In this document: positions 25,877 through 39,100 of the stretch, in pieces
Numbering within the stretch: the first letter of the stretch is position 1
How the letters are laid out: the number at the start of each line of letters is the position of its first letter
DNA from: Mobula hypostoma
Lineage: Eukaryota
DNA length: 64,000 bases
Direction of reading: 5' to 3'
Assembly (NCBI RefSeq): GCF_963921235.1
Contig: NC_086097.1
Span: 196,542,001-196,606,000 of the forward strand
Translations under genes and position numbers: made by a program
Notes under the pieces: generated by a model
What the model was told of the DNA's origin: nothing
Database searches by the model: none
The model's input: only the letters and a program-made list of their open reading frames with translations

Positions 25877-28800
25877 GAGACTTCCGGTAGACCTCATGGA
25901 GTGAAGTCGTGTTCTTGACTCGCTCCATCACCTCTGAGCTTTATCCTATGATCAGCTTTATTTAAGCTAACTTTTAAGGCATCAACTTTTACAATACCTT
26001 GCAGCGGATTGCTATTATATATTTGGATGTTTTTAAGGTCCGGTATGTCTAAGAACGGGAAAGACGGCAAACCTCCGGTTAGACCGAAAGCCACCGACCC
26101 TCCTCCGATTGAACCGGCGGTAACTATGCAAGCTATATTGGATCTGATTTGTGCGGAAATTTCATCTAGGCTGGAGAAAATCATCGATGAAATTGATAAA
26201 ATGAAAACATCTATCACGGAACATCAGACTGCTATATCTAATCTCCAAGTTTCCACGCAACAGAATGAACTGAAGATGGGAAAAATTGAAGAAACAATTA
26301 CTACAATGAAGAAAAAACTTGACTTTCTTACCTTTAAAAATTCTGATTTAGAATGCAGAATGCGACGTCAAAACATTCAAATTATTGGTATTCGTGAAGC
26401 TGCCGAATCTGATGACCCTATAAAGTTTTTCTCTCAACTTTTAAAAGATTCATTTCCCACCTTATTTCCTGATCAACCACCACTATTGAACAGGGCTCAC
26501 CGAATCCCACTATATTCGCCTAACTCAGATAAACCTTGGCATGTTATTTTATGATTTCATTATTTTCAAGACAAGGAGAAGCTGCTTCGCTTCACTCGAT
26601 CTAAAGGCTATATTGATTTCTCGGATCTCCGTTTTCGATTGGTGGAGGATTTTAGTAAACAGGTTTGTGATCAACATGTTCGTTACACATCTGTGATGTC
26701 GGACCTACAAGATGGATTTAAAACCAGTGTTGCTTTATCCCACACGTTTGAGGATTTGATTGTCTGATTGCTCTTCCTGTTTTTTTGACTCTCCGTCAGA
26801 AGCCCAGAGTTACCTGGATCAACAATTGCCTTGAACATCCTAATTGCACTATTAAATCATCTCTGTCCAATCGGAGACTGTTAATCTGTTGGGTTTAACT
26901 TCCTCTTTTTGCTCTACATGAGGGCAGAAATGTTTTTTTCAGTTTAATTAATATGGTTGTCAAAACTTTTTTAACTGCGTCATTCCTTTCTTCTTCCCTG
27001 GGGATTCTGAGTGGCCATTTCCACAGCATCATTTTACGCACATACCTGGAGGCCTTAAACTTTGTAGTCTTTTATGTAGTTTTTGTAGTTTTTTTTTGGC
27101 TAGTTTATGCTGATATTTCATCTTCTTCTTTAATTATACAGTCTGTTGTAGGTTAACGGTTTTCTTTATATATACCTGTTTTTTCTTTGTATTATATCAT
27201 TTTCGTTTTAATCGGTATACTTTTTTTTATTCTTTTACTGTTTTATAACTTTAGCTGATCTTTCTATATTTACACTTTTTTAGTGAGCGTCTATCGGAAG
27301 TCATGGGGGTAGATCTAGTGTTTGCTTCTTTCTGGCTAGTCTATCTTAGATGTAGCTTTGGGGTTATGGGGTGGCGGGTGTGGGGGGGCTTCACTTTTTA
27401 GTTTTTCTTTCTTCTTGGGCTAATATAGAAAGATCAGCTAAAGTTATAAAACAGTAAAAGAATAAAAAAAAGTATACCGATTAAAACGAAAACGATATAA
27501 TACAAAGAAAACACAGGTATATATAAAGAAAACCGTTAACCCTCAACAGACCGTATAATTAAAGAAGAAGATGAAATATCAGCATAAACTAGCCAAAAAA
27601 AACCTACAAAAACTACATAAAAGACTACAAAGTTTAAAGCCTCCAGGTATGTGCGTAAAATGATGCTGTGGAAATGGCCACCCAGAATCCCCAGGGAAGA
27701 AGAAAGGAATGACGCAGTTAAAAAAAGTTTGACAACCATATTAATTAAACCGAAAAAAACATTTCTGCCCTCATGTAGAGCAAAAAGAGGAAGTTATACC
27801 CAACAGGCATTTCTATCTTTATAGATCCCTCAATCACTTTTGTGCAACATGATATTATTTCTGATCCGAATGGTAGATTTTTACTGGTTAGTGGTTTACT
27901 CTTCAATAAAAAGGTAGTTTTGGTAAACATCTATGCTCCAAACTTGGACTCTCCGGAATTTTATAAATCATTATTTAATTTGTTCCCGAATTTGAATGAG
28001 TTTTCACTAATCTGGGGCGGAGATCTTAATACTTGTTTATCCCCATTATTGGACCGTTCGGCTCCTATACAGACCCTACCCAATAAATCCGTAACCTTGG
28101 TTAATTCATTTCTCTCAGATTCAGGGTTGATGGACATTTGGCGGTTTTTGCACCCCGAGGAAAAAGACTTCTCTTTCTTTTCACATGTTCATCACTCTTA
28201 TTCAAGAATTGATTATTTTTTTATTGACTCTCGTCTTACTTCTTCAGTGGTTAAATGTGAATATGACTCTATAACTATTTCGGACCATGCTCCACTTAAG
28301 CTTTCTATTAAAATATTGGCCAATACACAAAATAATAGACAATGGTGTTTTAATTCGCTGTTGCTTCAGGACTTGGATTTTGTTAATTTTATGAATGAAC
28401 AGATTGATCTGTTTTTTACAATTAACTGTACAGAGGATATATCCATGAACACCCTTTGGGATACTTTTAAAGCTTATATTCGTGGTCAGATCATTTCGTA
28501 CTCTGCTGCTCTGAGGAAAAGGTTGAAGGAGGAGGAGCTGGTACTTCTGGACAAGATTAAGGAAATTGATAAGAAATATGCCACAGCTCCCTGTGAGAAG
28601 TTGTATAAACAAAGAACTGAACTTCAAATGGAACACAGTTTATTACTTTCGTCCTCTACTGCAAATCAATTAATGAAGACAAGAAGCGAATTTTATATAC
28701 ATAGTGACAAAGTTGGTAAACTGTTGGCTAATCAGTTGAAGACTAACTCTACTAAATTTCAAATTAATCAGATTTATAATCAAAAAGATCAACTGACATT

Positions 28801-31727
28801 TGAACAAGCGGAGATTAATCAATCCTTTTTTGACTTCTATTCCTCTGTATACCAATCAGAGTCTCCACGAGATTCTAAACATATGTATGACTTTTTAGAT
28901 AACCTAGACTTTCCTAAGATTTCACACGATATATGCTCTATGTCAGACACTTCCTTTACCACTGATGAGATTAAGAATGTTATTTTTTCTATGAACTCGG
29001 GGAAAGTCCTGGTCCTGATGAGTTTACCGTGGAATCTTTTAAATTTTTTGCACCCTCATTAATCCCTTGGCTATTCAGGGTTCTGGAGGCCTCATTAAAA
29101 CGTGGTAAACTACCCGAATCCTTTTATAGAGCATTGATTTTTTTAATATTAAAGAAGGATAAAGACCCCGCTCATTGTGCATCTTATAGACCAATACCCC
29201 TGTTAAATATTGATTCAAAATTTTTTTCTAAATTATTAGCAAACAGACTAGAAAAAGCACTTCCTTATATTATTTCAGAAGACCAAATGGGTTTTATTAA
29301 GAATCGTTATTCTTTTTATAATATTTGTACACTTTTAAACATTGTCTATACCCCGTCACAAACCGATCCTGAATGCGTCATTTCCCTAGACGCTGAAAAA
29401 GCCCTTGACAGGGTCGAATGGCCTTACTTATTTAAGGTGCTTGAAATGTTTAACTTCAGCCCGAAATTTATATCCTGGATCAAATTGTTATATCATTCTC
29501 CCACGGTAAATTCACCCTTTTTTCCTCTTTTTCGAGGTACCAGACAAGGTTGTCCTCTTAGTCCTTTGTTATTTGATATAGCATTAGAACCTCTTGCAAT
29601 TGCTATTCGAGAATCTCCTAACATTATTGGTATAACTCGTGGTTTAAAGTCTCATAAAGTATCACTTTATGCGGATGACTTACTTTTATATATTTCTAAT
29701 CCTCAAAAATCTATCCCTGCAGCTTTAGATTTATTAGCACAATTTAGTCTTTTTTCAGGTTATAAGTTAAATCTCAATAAGAGTGAACTCTTCCCTATTA
29801 ATAAGCAAGTTCCCTTATATCAGAACCTGCCGTTTAAATTGGTTAATAATCATTTTTCATACCTTGGGATTAAAATTACCTGTAAACATAAGGATTTATT
29901 TAAGACTAATTTCCTATCCTAAATTGACCACATTACACAACTTTCCTTTAAATGGTCTCCACTTTATTTAACTTTGATTTGTCGTATTAATGCTGTTAAG
30001 ATATTTATTCTGCCAAAATTTTTATATATATTTCAGGCATTACCGATTTTTGTTCCAAAATCCTTTTTTGACAAAGTTGACTCTAAAATTTCTTCATTTA
30101 TTTGGCAAAATAAAAACCCGAGACTGGGTAGAATACATCTACAGAAAGCTAAGAGAGATGGAGGCTTGGCATTACCTAATTTTAGATTTTATTATTGGGC
30201 AATTAATATTCGACACATGAAATTTTGGTTACTTGACCAAGACATACTACCCATTCCTAAATGGGTAGTATTGGAATTACAATCTGCTCAAGGTTACACA
30301 CTTGGCTCCATTTTAGGTTCTTCTCTTCATTTCGATTTGAAACGCCATAAACAGGTTTGTAACCCGATAGTTAAACATACCTTACGCATCTGGTTTCAAT
30401 TCCGGAAATTTTTCGATCTTAATCAATTTGCACTGGTGATTCCTATTTTAGGCAATATATTCTTTCCCCCTTCCTCTACGGACCGTGCCTTTCAAATTTG
30501 GAAGACTAATGGTATATCACGGTTTTTGGATTTATTTTCAGATGGCTCTCTTATGTCTTTTGAACAGTTATCTAACAAATATAACTTACGAAGAATACAT
30601 TTTTTTAGGTATCTGCAAGTTAGAAATTTCCTAAGTACCATCCTTTCCTCCTTTCCGTCGTTACCCCCTATAAATATTTTAGATACTATAATTAACCTTA
30701 ACCCGTGTCAGAAAGGTGTAACGGCTATTATTTATAATTCTATCATGGAACTTAGGATAGCTCCATTCGATAAGATTAGGTCCGATTGGGAAAAGGAATT
30801 GGGCTTTACTATTTTGGCAGATGACTGGGCGCATATTTTACAACTAGTCAATACTTCCTCTATCTGTTCCAAACATTCCCTAATTCAATTTAAAGTTGTT
30901 CACAGAGCACATATGTCTAAAGATAAATTAGCTCGTTTTTACTCTCATATTAATCCTCTTTGTGACAGATGTCATGGGGAGATAGCTTCCTTAACTCACA
31001 TGTTTTGGTCCTGTCCTACTCTGCAAACTTTTTGGAAAGACATTTTTAATATTATCTCACAGGTATTGAATATAGATATTTCTCCCCATCCTATTACTGC
31101 TATCTTTGGATTACCTAAAACCTCCTGTAATCTTTCCCCTTCAGCCCGTAGAATGATTGCATTTCTTACTTTAATGGCGAAAAGATGTATTTTACAACAT
31201 TGGAAGGAGATTAATGCCCCAACTACCTTTTTTTGGTTTTCTCAAACGATACTATGTTTAAATTTGGAAAAAATCAGAAGTAATTTTTATGATACTTCAG
31301 TTAAATTTGAACAGACCTGGAGATCTTTTATTCAACATTTTCATTTAATGTAACTTCTTTTTTTTCTCTTTGACCACATTTACATTCCCTTCTTGGTTTT
31401 TAACTGTTACTAATGGAGGTCGGGTTTGGGGACGTGATTGTTTAAGTTGTTTAAGTCTACTGGGTACATAGTTAGCTCATTGCTTTGCTTTGCTTTTTAG
31501 GTTAGTTGCACGGTGGGTTTTTTTTGGGGGTTTTTTTCTTCTCCTTATTGATATATATGGAAAATTAGTATACTACTATATTACCTCGTTATTTTATAAC
31601 TAATTTGCACTGTTTGTATTGTTTTTTATGTATTAATATCTCTTGTAAATTTATATTGCAACAGTGTATTAGTTTCTATATGCTTTACCTTTTGTGTACT
31701 AATTCAATAAAAAGATTTAAAAAGAAA
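25877..31727 (+). mobile_element. Full-length but defective L1-clade LINE
   Basis: ORF1 from 26046 (coiled coil, R.R.NI.IIGI, RAHR motifs); ORF2 with APE remnant (NIYAPN, GGDLN, SDH), RT (RQGCPLSP, YADD) and C-terminal CDRC..HMFWSC; AATAAA and A-rich tail; 12-bp TSD gaaaacctggag at 25865-25876 and 31728-31739. Confidence 0.95.
26886..27806. repeat. 385-bp inverted duplication inside the L1
   Basis: 26886-27270 is the reverse complement of 27422-27806, with about 11 mismatches by eye; also visible as mirrored ORFs 26953-27156 (+) and 27536-27739 (-). Confidence 0.95.
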
Positions 31728-32642
31728 GAAAACCTGGAGCAAGGATCGATGGACCGGACCGTGAACCGGAATATGGACTTCATGGACCGGACCATGACAC
31801 AGCCCCATCTAGTAAATTTGGAAATAACTGGATTAGCACAGGGATGGGGCAAGTAAGTCAGAGGAGATAAATAAAATACAATAGCCCTCTCTTGACAGCT
31901 CACCTGACTGTTACCTATCTGCATCAAATGCATCACAGATCTTTAGCCACTGAATTCAAAATGAATTGTTTGAATTTAAGAGCAAATTCAAAGTTTAATC
32001 TTTAAAATTCTTTGCCCCCCAAATCCATGATGAAGTTGTCCAAATGAGATACAGTGTGTTGTAGCAAAAGCCTACCAAAGTAATTAGCTAGAATCAAAAT
32101 AAATTGCAAAGAACTGATACATGATTGTAAAGATACGTCATATTGTCTTTTGTATTAACATCATAAGCATCTTAAAAAAGGAAAGGACTAAATTCGCAAA
32201 TTGTCTATCTATGGTGCTCTGGCTATTCCTTTTAAAATGTGAATTGAAGATAAATGGAGTCAACTGAAAGGGTTGAAATGGATGTAAAATGTTGTCAAAG
32301 CAGTCACTCATCAGTCTCCCTTTCAAAGTCTGGCCTTGACTGTTAAATATATGGTGACAAAAAATAACATTGATGCTTTATTCATTCAATCACATCACCC
32401 CATGTTCGGCCTCAAATGTATACATACAAGCACAATCACCAATCCTACCCTCCTCCCTCCCCCACAAAGATGATTAATTACTGGGGCAAGTGATTTGACC
32501 AGTCTGACAAGCATTCAAGTATTTACTATCAGAATTTTAAATAGAAAGTCAATGAGGAAACATAAAGGCAAGTCTGTGAGCAGAACACAGTGATTAAAAA
32601 TCAAAACAATGAGGCATAAAATCAAACTGAGGTAACCCTGAC

Positions 32643-32799
32643 CTTCAGGGGACAGAGGTGGTTGATCTGACTCAAGATAGAGTTGAGAGAAGATTGGCTG
32701 AGGAGAAATACTGTTGGATCGAAGTGATGCTTCTATTGAATTGTGAAGAGCCTCTTCAAAACGTGCAGATTTCATTTGTCCAGCATATGAATTTCCCAT
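32643..32799 (-). CDS. greb1l: GREB1-like protein, first coding exon (157 nt)
   Basis: Encodes [52 protein letters not shown], the GREB1/GREB1L N-terminus (KSARFEEAL is the GREB1L form). Kozak ACCATGG directly after a ttcag acceptor (32803-32807); donor G|gtcagg at 32642. Confidence 0.95.
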
Positions 32800-32958
32800 G
32801 GTCTGAAAGTGAGGAAAGGCAGCATAATCAATAATGAACAAATTAATAAGCTGATTATCAGTATTCTAAATATAAATATTGGCGTTACTTAGAACATCAC
32901 TGTTCAGTAGAATGCATGATTATTTAAAATATGCATCACCAACAAAAACTTTAAATGT

Positions 32959-33871
32959 AAGGTTGAGCACCTCTTACCTGAAATGCTTGGGGCCAGAAGT
33001 GTTTCAGATTTTGTATTTTAGAATATTTGCATCTATATAGTGAGATACCTTGGGGATGGGACCCAAGTCTAAACACAAAATCCATTTACATTATACAGCT
33101 TATGTACAGCTGGTGTGGAGCTCACAGAGTGAACAGTCCATATTCGGAGCACAGTCTGACGTGATGGAGTTGGGTCCTCCGCAGACAGTCAGAGTTGAAT
33201 ATATCTGCCATTGATTTCAAACAGCTGCCCATTCTACAGCAACTATGATGGGCGGGGGGGGGGGGAGTTTTAAATAATATTTTAAATAATTTTGCTCATG
33301 AAGCAATAATGTGTACATAGAAAGGTAAGCTATCACTACCTCGGCTGCCTGGGTGGACAGTCAGTGGCTCTTTGGCATCGCCATCATTTCCGACTCTGAA
33401 TTGATGTGCTACACATATGTAGTGATGTACCCGTTCAGCATGTTAGATTTTCATCAGCAATTATCTTGGCAAACCCACCAATGAGTTTATCTGTCCCTTC
33501 GTGATCAGAAGATGCTTTTTCACCACTAAAAATTTAATACAACCAGCCTACTGATTACCCACAATTAACTTCAATTTTCAGTTCATCGTGATAGACCTTT
33601 GCTTGTTTCATGAACAGCATACTGTTAAGCAATTCTGACGAATCCACCCTTTCAAAATAAGATTGAGATCTTCATTTTCACTTTATGCAGTGCTTTTCTA
33701 TTTTTCCATTAACCTCTGCTGATTATATATGTGAGGTCACTTCATAGCACTGTCTGTGGTGTGCAGAGACTTGTGCTTTACCTGGGAACCTTCCCAGTGC
33801 TTTGTGGGAATTTACAGTTTGTGGCATTATGTCAGTGCGCAAAAAAATTTGGATAAGGGGTGCTCACCCTG
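32959..33871. mobile_element. pogo/Tigger-type non-autonomous DNA transposon
   Basis: TIRs aggttgagcacctcttacctgaaat / atttggataaggggtgctcaccctg followed by TA. Confidence 0.7.
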
Positions 33872-34879
33872 TATTTTGTTCGTATTGTTGAGAAGTCAAT
33901 TTTTTTATTTGTCTTTATTTTACTAAGTGTACTAAGTGTTAGTTACTTAGGCATTTTTAAAGCTGCAAACACATGGATAGCTAATCATTAGCAGAAAGTC
34001 AGAACCAAACCAAATCTGGAAGCTCATTGCAATCTGCTAACACTATACACCATGGCATTCAAGTACAGACAAAATTGGCTCACTTCTGGTGCCAACTTGC
34101 CATATCTGTCAAATGAAAAGTGGACAGCAAGAAAAGCCACTAAGAGCAAATAATTTCAATGAAATTAAACTCCAGCTAATATCAATACGTTAATGAGAGA
34201 AGGTGAGGAACAAATATTTTACCACATTGTATCAAGTATGGAATTTTTACCACTTCCTCCACCTTCACTTAAAAATCCAAAGCTGCATTATTAAGATTCC
34301 CAAACAAGAAATAAAAACAGTGAGCTCTGCTGTTAAAATTGATCAGCCCAGTGAGGTGAATGCAGTGTAGCGAATGGATTAGAATTTTGGTCAGGTAACA
34401 ATTTGGAAAAAAGTCACAGCTTTTTGCCATTTTGCACTTAATTTTTTTGTAGTTTTGTTTCTTCGTCCTCAGTAAGAAACAAAATTGACTCGTAATGAGA
34501 CCTCTTCTTCTAGTGTTAAACCTCTAGCCTGGCTTCAAAGCCACAGGTCTTTATGGCAACCAAGTCTTTATGTTATCATCAAGCACTAGTATGAATTTTT
34601 AAAGACAGATATTGTCATGTTCGGGCAATACCTCTGTTACCATCGTTATAATTTATAATGTTAACAGCCTCAGCCATGTTTTTTTCATTAACACAAAAGA
34701 TTTCACCATAAACGGCAAGGTTAGCATTTAATGAATCTCCTACTTCCATACGGTGGTGAGTTGACTTCTTAAACTACAGCAACCACTGGGTCTAAGTCCA
34801 CTCTCAATATCACTGTGGGAGTAAATTCCTCAGAACTCCAACAGTTTATGTACAGTGGGTGGCTCACTAAGAAGAATAA

Positions 34880-36240
34880 TGTGAGCCTGATAGCACTCAC
34901 ATCTACAGTGATGGAATTCTTTAGGAGATTGGTCATGACTAGACTGAACTCCTGCCTCAGCAAGGACCTGGACCCGTTGCAATTTGCCTATCGCCACAAT
35001 AGGTCAACGGCAGATGCAATTTCAATGGCTCCTCACAGGGTTCTAGACCACCTGGACAACACAAACACCTATGTCAGATGCTGTTCATTGACTATAGCTC
35101 AACATTTAATACCATCATTCCTATAATTCTGATTGAGAAGTTGCAGAATATGGGCCTCTGTACCTCCCTCTGCAATTGGATCTTCGCATTTCTAACTGGA
35201 AGACCACAGTCTGTGCAGATTGGTGATGACATCTCCTCACTGACGATCAACACTGGTGAACCTCACGTTTGTGTGCTTAGCCCACTGCTCCACTCTCTCT
35301 CTATACCCATGATTATGTGGCTAGGCATAGCTCAAAAAGCATCTATAATTTTGCTGGTGATACAACCATTGTTAGTGACAAGAGGACATACAGGAGCGAG
35401 ATATGCCAACTAGTGGAGTGGTGTCACAGCAACAACCTGGCAGTCAATGTCAGTAAGACATAAGAGCTGACTGTGGACTTCAGGAAGGGCAAGACGAAGG
35501 AATACATACCAATCCACAGAGGAATCAGAAGTGGAGAGAGTGAGCAGTTTCAAGTTCCTGGGTGTCAAGATCTCTGACGATCTAACCTGGTCCCAACATA
35601 TCAATGCAGTTAATAAGAAGGCAAGACAGCAACAATACTTCATTAGGAGTTTGAAGAGATTTGGTATGTCAACAAATACACTACAAAACTATAGATGTAC
35701 TGTGGAGAACATTCTGACAGGTTGCATCACTGACTGGTATGGGGGGGGGCGGGGGTCTACTGAACAGGACCAAAAGAAGCTGTAGAGGGTTGTAAATTTA
35801 GTCGGCTGCATCTTGGGTACTAGCCTACAGAATACCCAGGGCATCTTCAAGGAGCGGTGTCTCAGAAAGGCAGCATCTATTATTAAGGACCTCCAGCATC
35901 TAGGGCATGCCCTTTACTCACTGTTACCATCAGGAAGTACAGAAGCCTGAAGGCACACACTCAGTGATTCAGGAACAGCTTCTTCCCCTCTGCCATCCGA
36001 TTTCTAAATGGACATTGAACCCTTGAACACTACCTCACTTTTTTATAAATATAATATTTCTGTATTTTGAATGATTTTTAATCTTTCCGATATATGTATA
36101 CTGTAATTGATTTAATTATTTATTATTTCATTATTATTTTATTTTTTTCTACTTCTATATTATGTATAGTATTGAACTGCTGCTGCTAAGGTAACAAATT
36201 TCACATCACACGCCAGTGATAATAAACCTGATTCTGATTC
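34880..36240 (+). mobile_element. Rex1/Babar LINE, 5'-truncated and frameshifted
   Basis: ALTSTVME...[52 protein letters not shown]; ctgattctgatt tail. Confidence 0.9.
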
Positions 36241-36611
36241 ACCACTTATAGGGCAAATACAAATGAGTGCTAAATGCTGCTTTGTCGCCAACAACCACAT
36301 CACATAAATGGAATTTTTAAAAATTCCTTGTACTGATGATCCTCTCAGTGCATTTTGTAGATAGTTTTAATCCAGCAAAGATGATAGAATAGCAATATAT
36401 TTCCAAGACAGGCTGTTGTGACTTAGAGGAGAATTTGCAGCTGGTGGCATTCCCATACTGTTCAGGTGAGGGGACCTAAAATTCCCCAATGCTGCAGCAC
36501 TTTCAATGTAAAAGTTTTGTTTTCACGCTAACAGTTACAAGCTTGTTCATTAGAGATTTGTCTAAAGTTTCTGCATTTGGATTACAGTTGTCATGGAACC
36601 AAATGACATAG

Positions 36612-36832
36612 AGCAATACGCCTAAAATTCTGGAGGAACTCAGCAGGCCAGGCAGCATCTATGGAAAAGAGTAAACTGTTGACATTTTAGGCCGAGACCC
36701 CTTCATCAGGACCAATGAAGGGCCTGGGCCCAAAACGTCATCAGTTTACTCTTTTCCATAGATTCTGCCAGGCCTGCTGAATTCCTCCAGCATTTTGTGT
36801 GTGTTGCTTTGATTTCCAGCATCTGCAGATTT
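36612..36832. mobile_element. Palindromic inverted pair of Penelope pLTR ends
   Basis: Arms of about 95 bp (36612-36707 and 36714-36808) are reverse complements. Confidence 0.85.
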
Positions 36833-36904
36833 TCTTCTGTTGCACTAAGCATTATTACAGCTGTCCTGATTGCTACTTCTCAAATGGACATTGGGATGAA
36901 TAGA

Positions 36905-38950
36905 AACAAAGAAACTGTGAACACTGGAATCTGGAACATAAAGAAACTGCTGGAGGAATTCAATGTGTCAGGCAGCATCTGTGGAGGCAACAGGATAGTC
37001 GACATTTTGGGCCAAAACAGAGAGTGGAAATGACCAGTGAAAAGAGGTAGGTGGGGGGAGGAGCAAGAACAGGCAGAGCTGGGTTAGGAGGGAGACAATA
37101 GGCAGATGGAGCCAGGTTGAGGGAGGAGAAAATGGAGGTAGAGGCAGAACCTGCTGCAAGGTAATAAATGAAGATGGCAAAGGCCTTGAGATTCTGGAAT
37201 TTGATAAATAAGGACAGTGATAAATAAGGAATATTTATAAGGAATAAATAAGATGGTGATAATGGAATCAGATAAGGGATGGATGATGGTCAAATGTTTC
37301 AGAATGGCAGGCGGTGACTAGTGGGGTACCGCAAGGCTCAGTGCTGGGACCCCAGTTGTTTACGATATATATTAATGACTTGGATGAGGGAATTAAATGC
37401 AGCATCTCCAAGTTTGCGGATGACACAAAGCTGGGTGGCAGTGTTAGCAGTGAGGAGGATGCTAGGAGGATGCAGGGTGACTTGGATGGGTTGGGTGAGT
37501 GGGCAAACTCATGGCAGATGCAATTTAATGTGGATAAATGTGAAGTTATCCACTTTGGTGGCAAAAATAGGAAAACAGATTATTATCTGAATGGTGGCCG
37601 ATTAGGAAAAGGGGAGGTGCAACGAGACCTGAGTGTCATTATACACCAGTCATTGAAAGTGGGCATGCAGGTACAGCAGGCGGTGAAAAAGGCGAACGGT
37701 ATGCTGGCATTTATAGCGAGAGGATTCGAGTACAGGAGCAGGGAGGTACTACTGCAGTTGTACAAGGCCTTGGTGAGACCACACCTGGAGTATTGTGTGC
37801 AGTTTTGGTCCCCTAATCTGAGGAAAGACATCTTTGCCATAGAGGGAGTACAAAGAAGGTTCACCAGATTGATTCCTGGGATGGCAGGTCTTTCATATGA
37901 AGAAAGACTGGATGAACTGGGCTTGTACTCGTTGGAATTTAGAAGATTGAGGGGGGGATCTGATTGAAACGTATAAGATCCTAAAGGGATTGGACAGGCT
38001 AGATGCGGGAAGATTGTTCCCGATGTTGGGGAGGTCTAGAACGAGGGGTCACAGTTTGAGGATAGAGGGGAAGCCTTTTAGGACCGAGGTTAGGAAAAAC
38101 TTCTTCACACAGAGAGTGGTGAATCTGTGGAATTCTCTGCCACAGCCAACTGTTGAGGCCAGTTCATTAGCTATGTTTAAAAGGAAGTTAGATATGGCCC
38201 TTGTGGCTACAGGGGTCAGGGGGTATGGAGGGAAGGCTGGGTTCTGAGTTGGATGATCAGCCATGATCATAATAAATGGCGGTGCAGGCTCGAAGGGCCG
38301 AATGGCCTACTCCTGCACCTATTTTCTATGTTTCTATGTAACCTGTGGGAGAGGAGATAGGAGGCCTAGTGAGTAAGTATTGGATGATGGGCAGAAGAAC
38401 CAGGTGGAGGAGATGGTTAGTAAGATAGGAGGTTTGAGAGAACCTAGGGGAATCAGAAGGAGAGAGTTCAGATTACCTGAAATTGAAAAATTCAAAGTTT
38501 ATACCATTGGCTTGTAGACTACACAGGTAAAATACAATGCACTGTTACTTCAAGTTTATATTTGGCCTCACTGTGGAATGGATAGACTGGTGTGGGGATG
38601 GGAAAGGGAGTTGAAGTGTCTACTATTACCTTTAATTTGCATTTGTGCACAGAGTGTGGGTGCTTGGCAAAGCAGTCACCTAGTATACACTTGACCTCAC
38701 TAATGTAGAGGCAGCCACATCACATGCACCGAATGCAAACGACAAGGTTAGAGGAAATGCATATGAATCTCTGCCCTATTTAGATCCCTGGATGGAGGAG
38801 AGGGAGGAGGTATCCGTCCCTGGATGGAGGAGAGGGAGGAGGTGTCAGTCCCTGGATAGAGAAGAGTAAGGAGGTATAAGGATATCTGCTGCACCTTCTA
38901 CAATCACAGGAGAAAGTGCAAAGTGACAAAGAGGATTAAGTAAATCAGAA
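36905..38950 (-). mobile_element. Degenerate Penelope-like element split by CR1
   Basis: pLTR end at 36905-37015, purine-rich UTR on both sides of the CR1, GIY-YIG remnant at 38470-38900 with a 3x32-bp tandem at about 38785-38880. Confidence 0.6.
37272..38338 (+). mobile_element. CR1 LINE, 5'-truncated (second subfamily)
   Basis: RT ORF 37314-37967 (SGVPQGSVLGPQLF, FADDTK); (TTTCTATG)n tail. Confidence 0.95.
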
Positions 38951-39100
38951 GTCACTTAAAGAGTGGACTCTGCAGAAAACAATAAGGTTTCTGATCCTAC
39001 CTCTTCTCCTAACCTGCCCACCACCACTCCCTGGTGCCCCCTCTCCTTCCCTTTCTCCATGGTCCAATATCCTCTCCTATCAAATTCCTTCTTCTTTGGC

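Larger units (their letters stand above)
24584..31799 (-). mobile_element. Solo LTR (about 1.35 kb, Gypsy-like) interrupted by an L1
   Basis: TGTCAT...ATGACA termini, 5-bp TSD cagcc (24579-24583 and 31800-31804), minus-strand TATA-like cataaata near 25790-25797. Confidence 0.85.

Noticed and set aside
32515..32841. ORF-track 108-aa protein as a single-exon gene
   Set aside because: Only 32643-32799 is exon; the flanks are intronic read-through past the splice sites.
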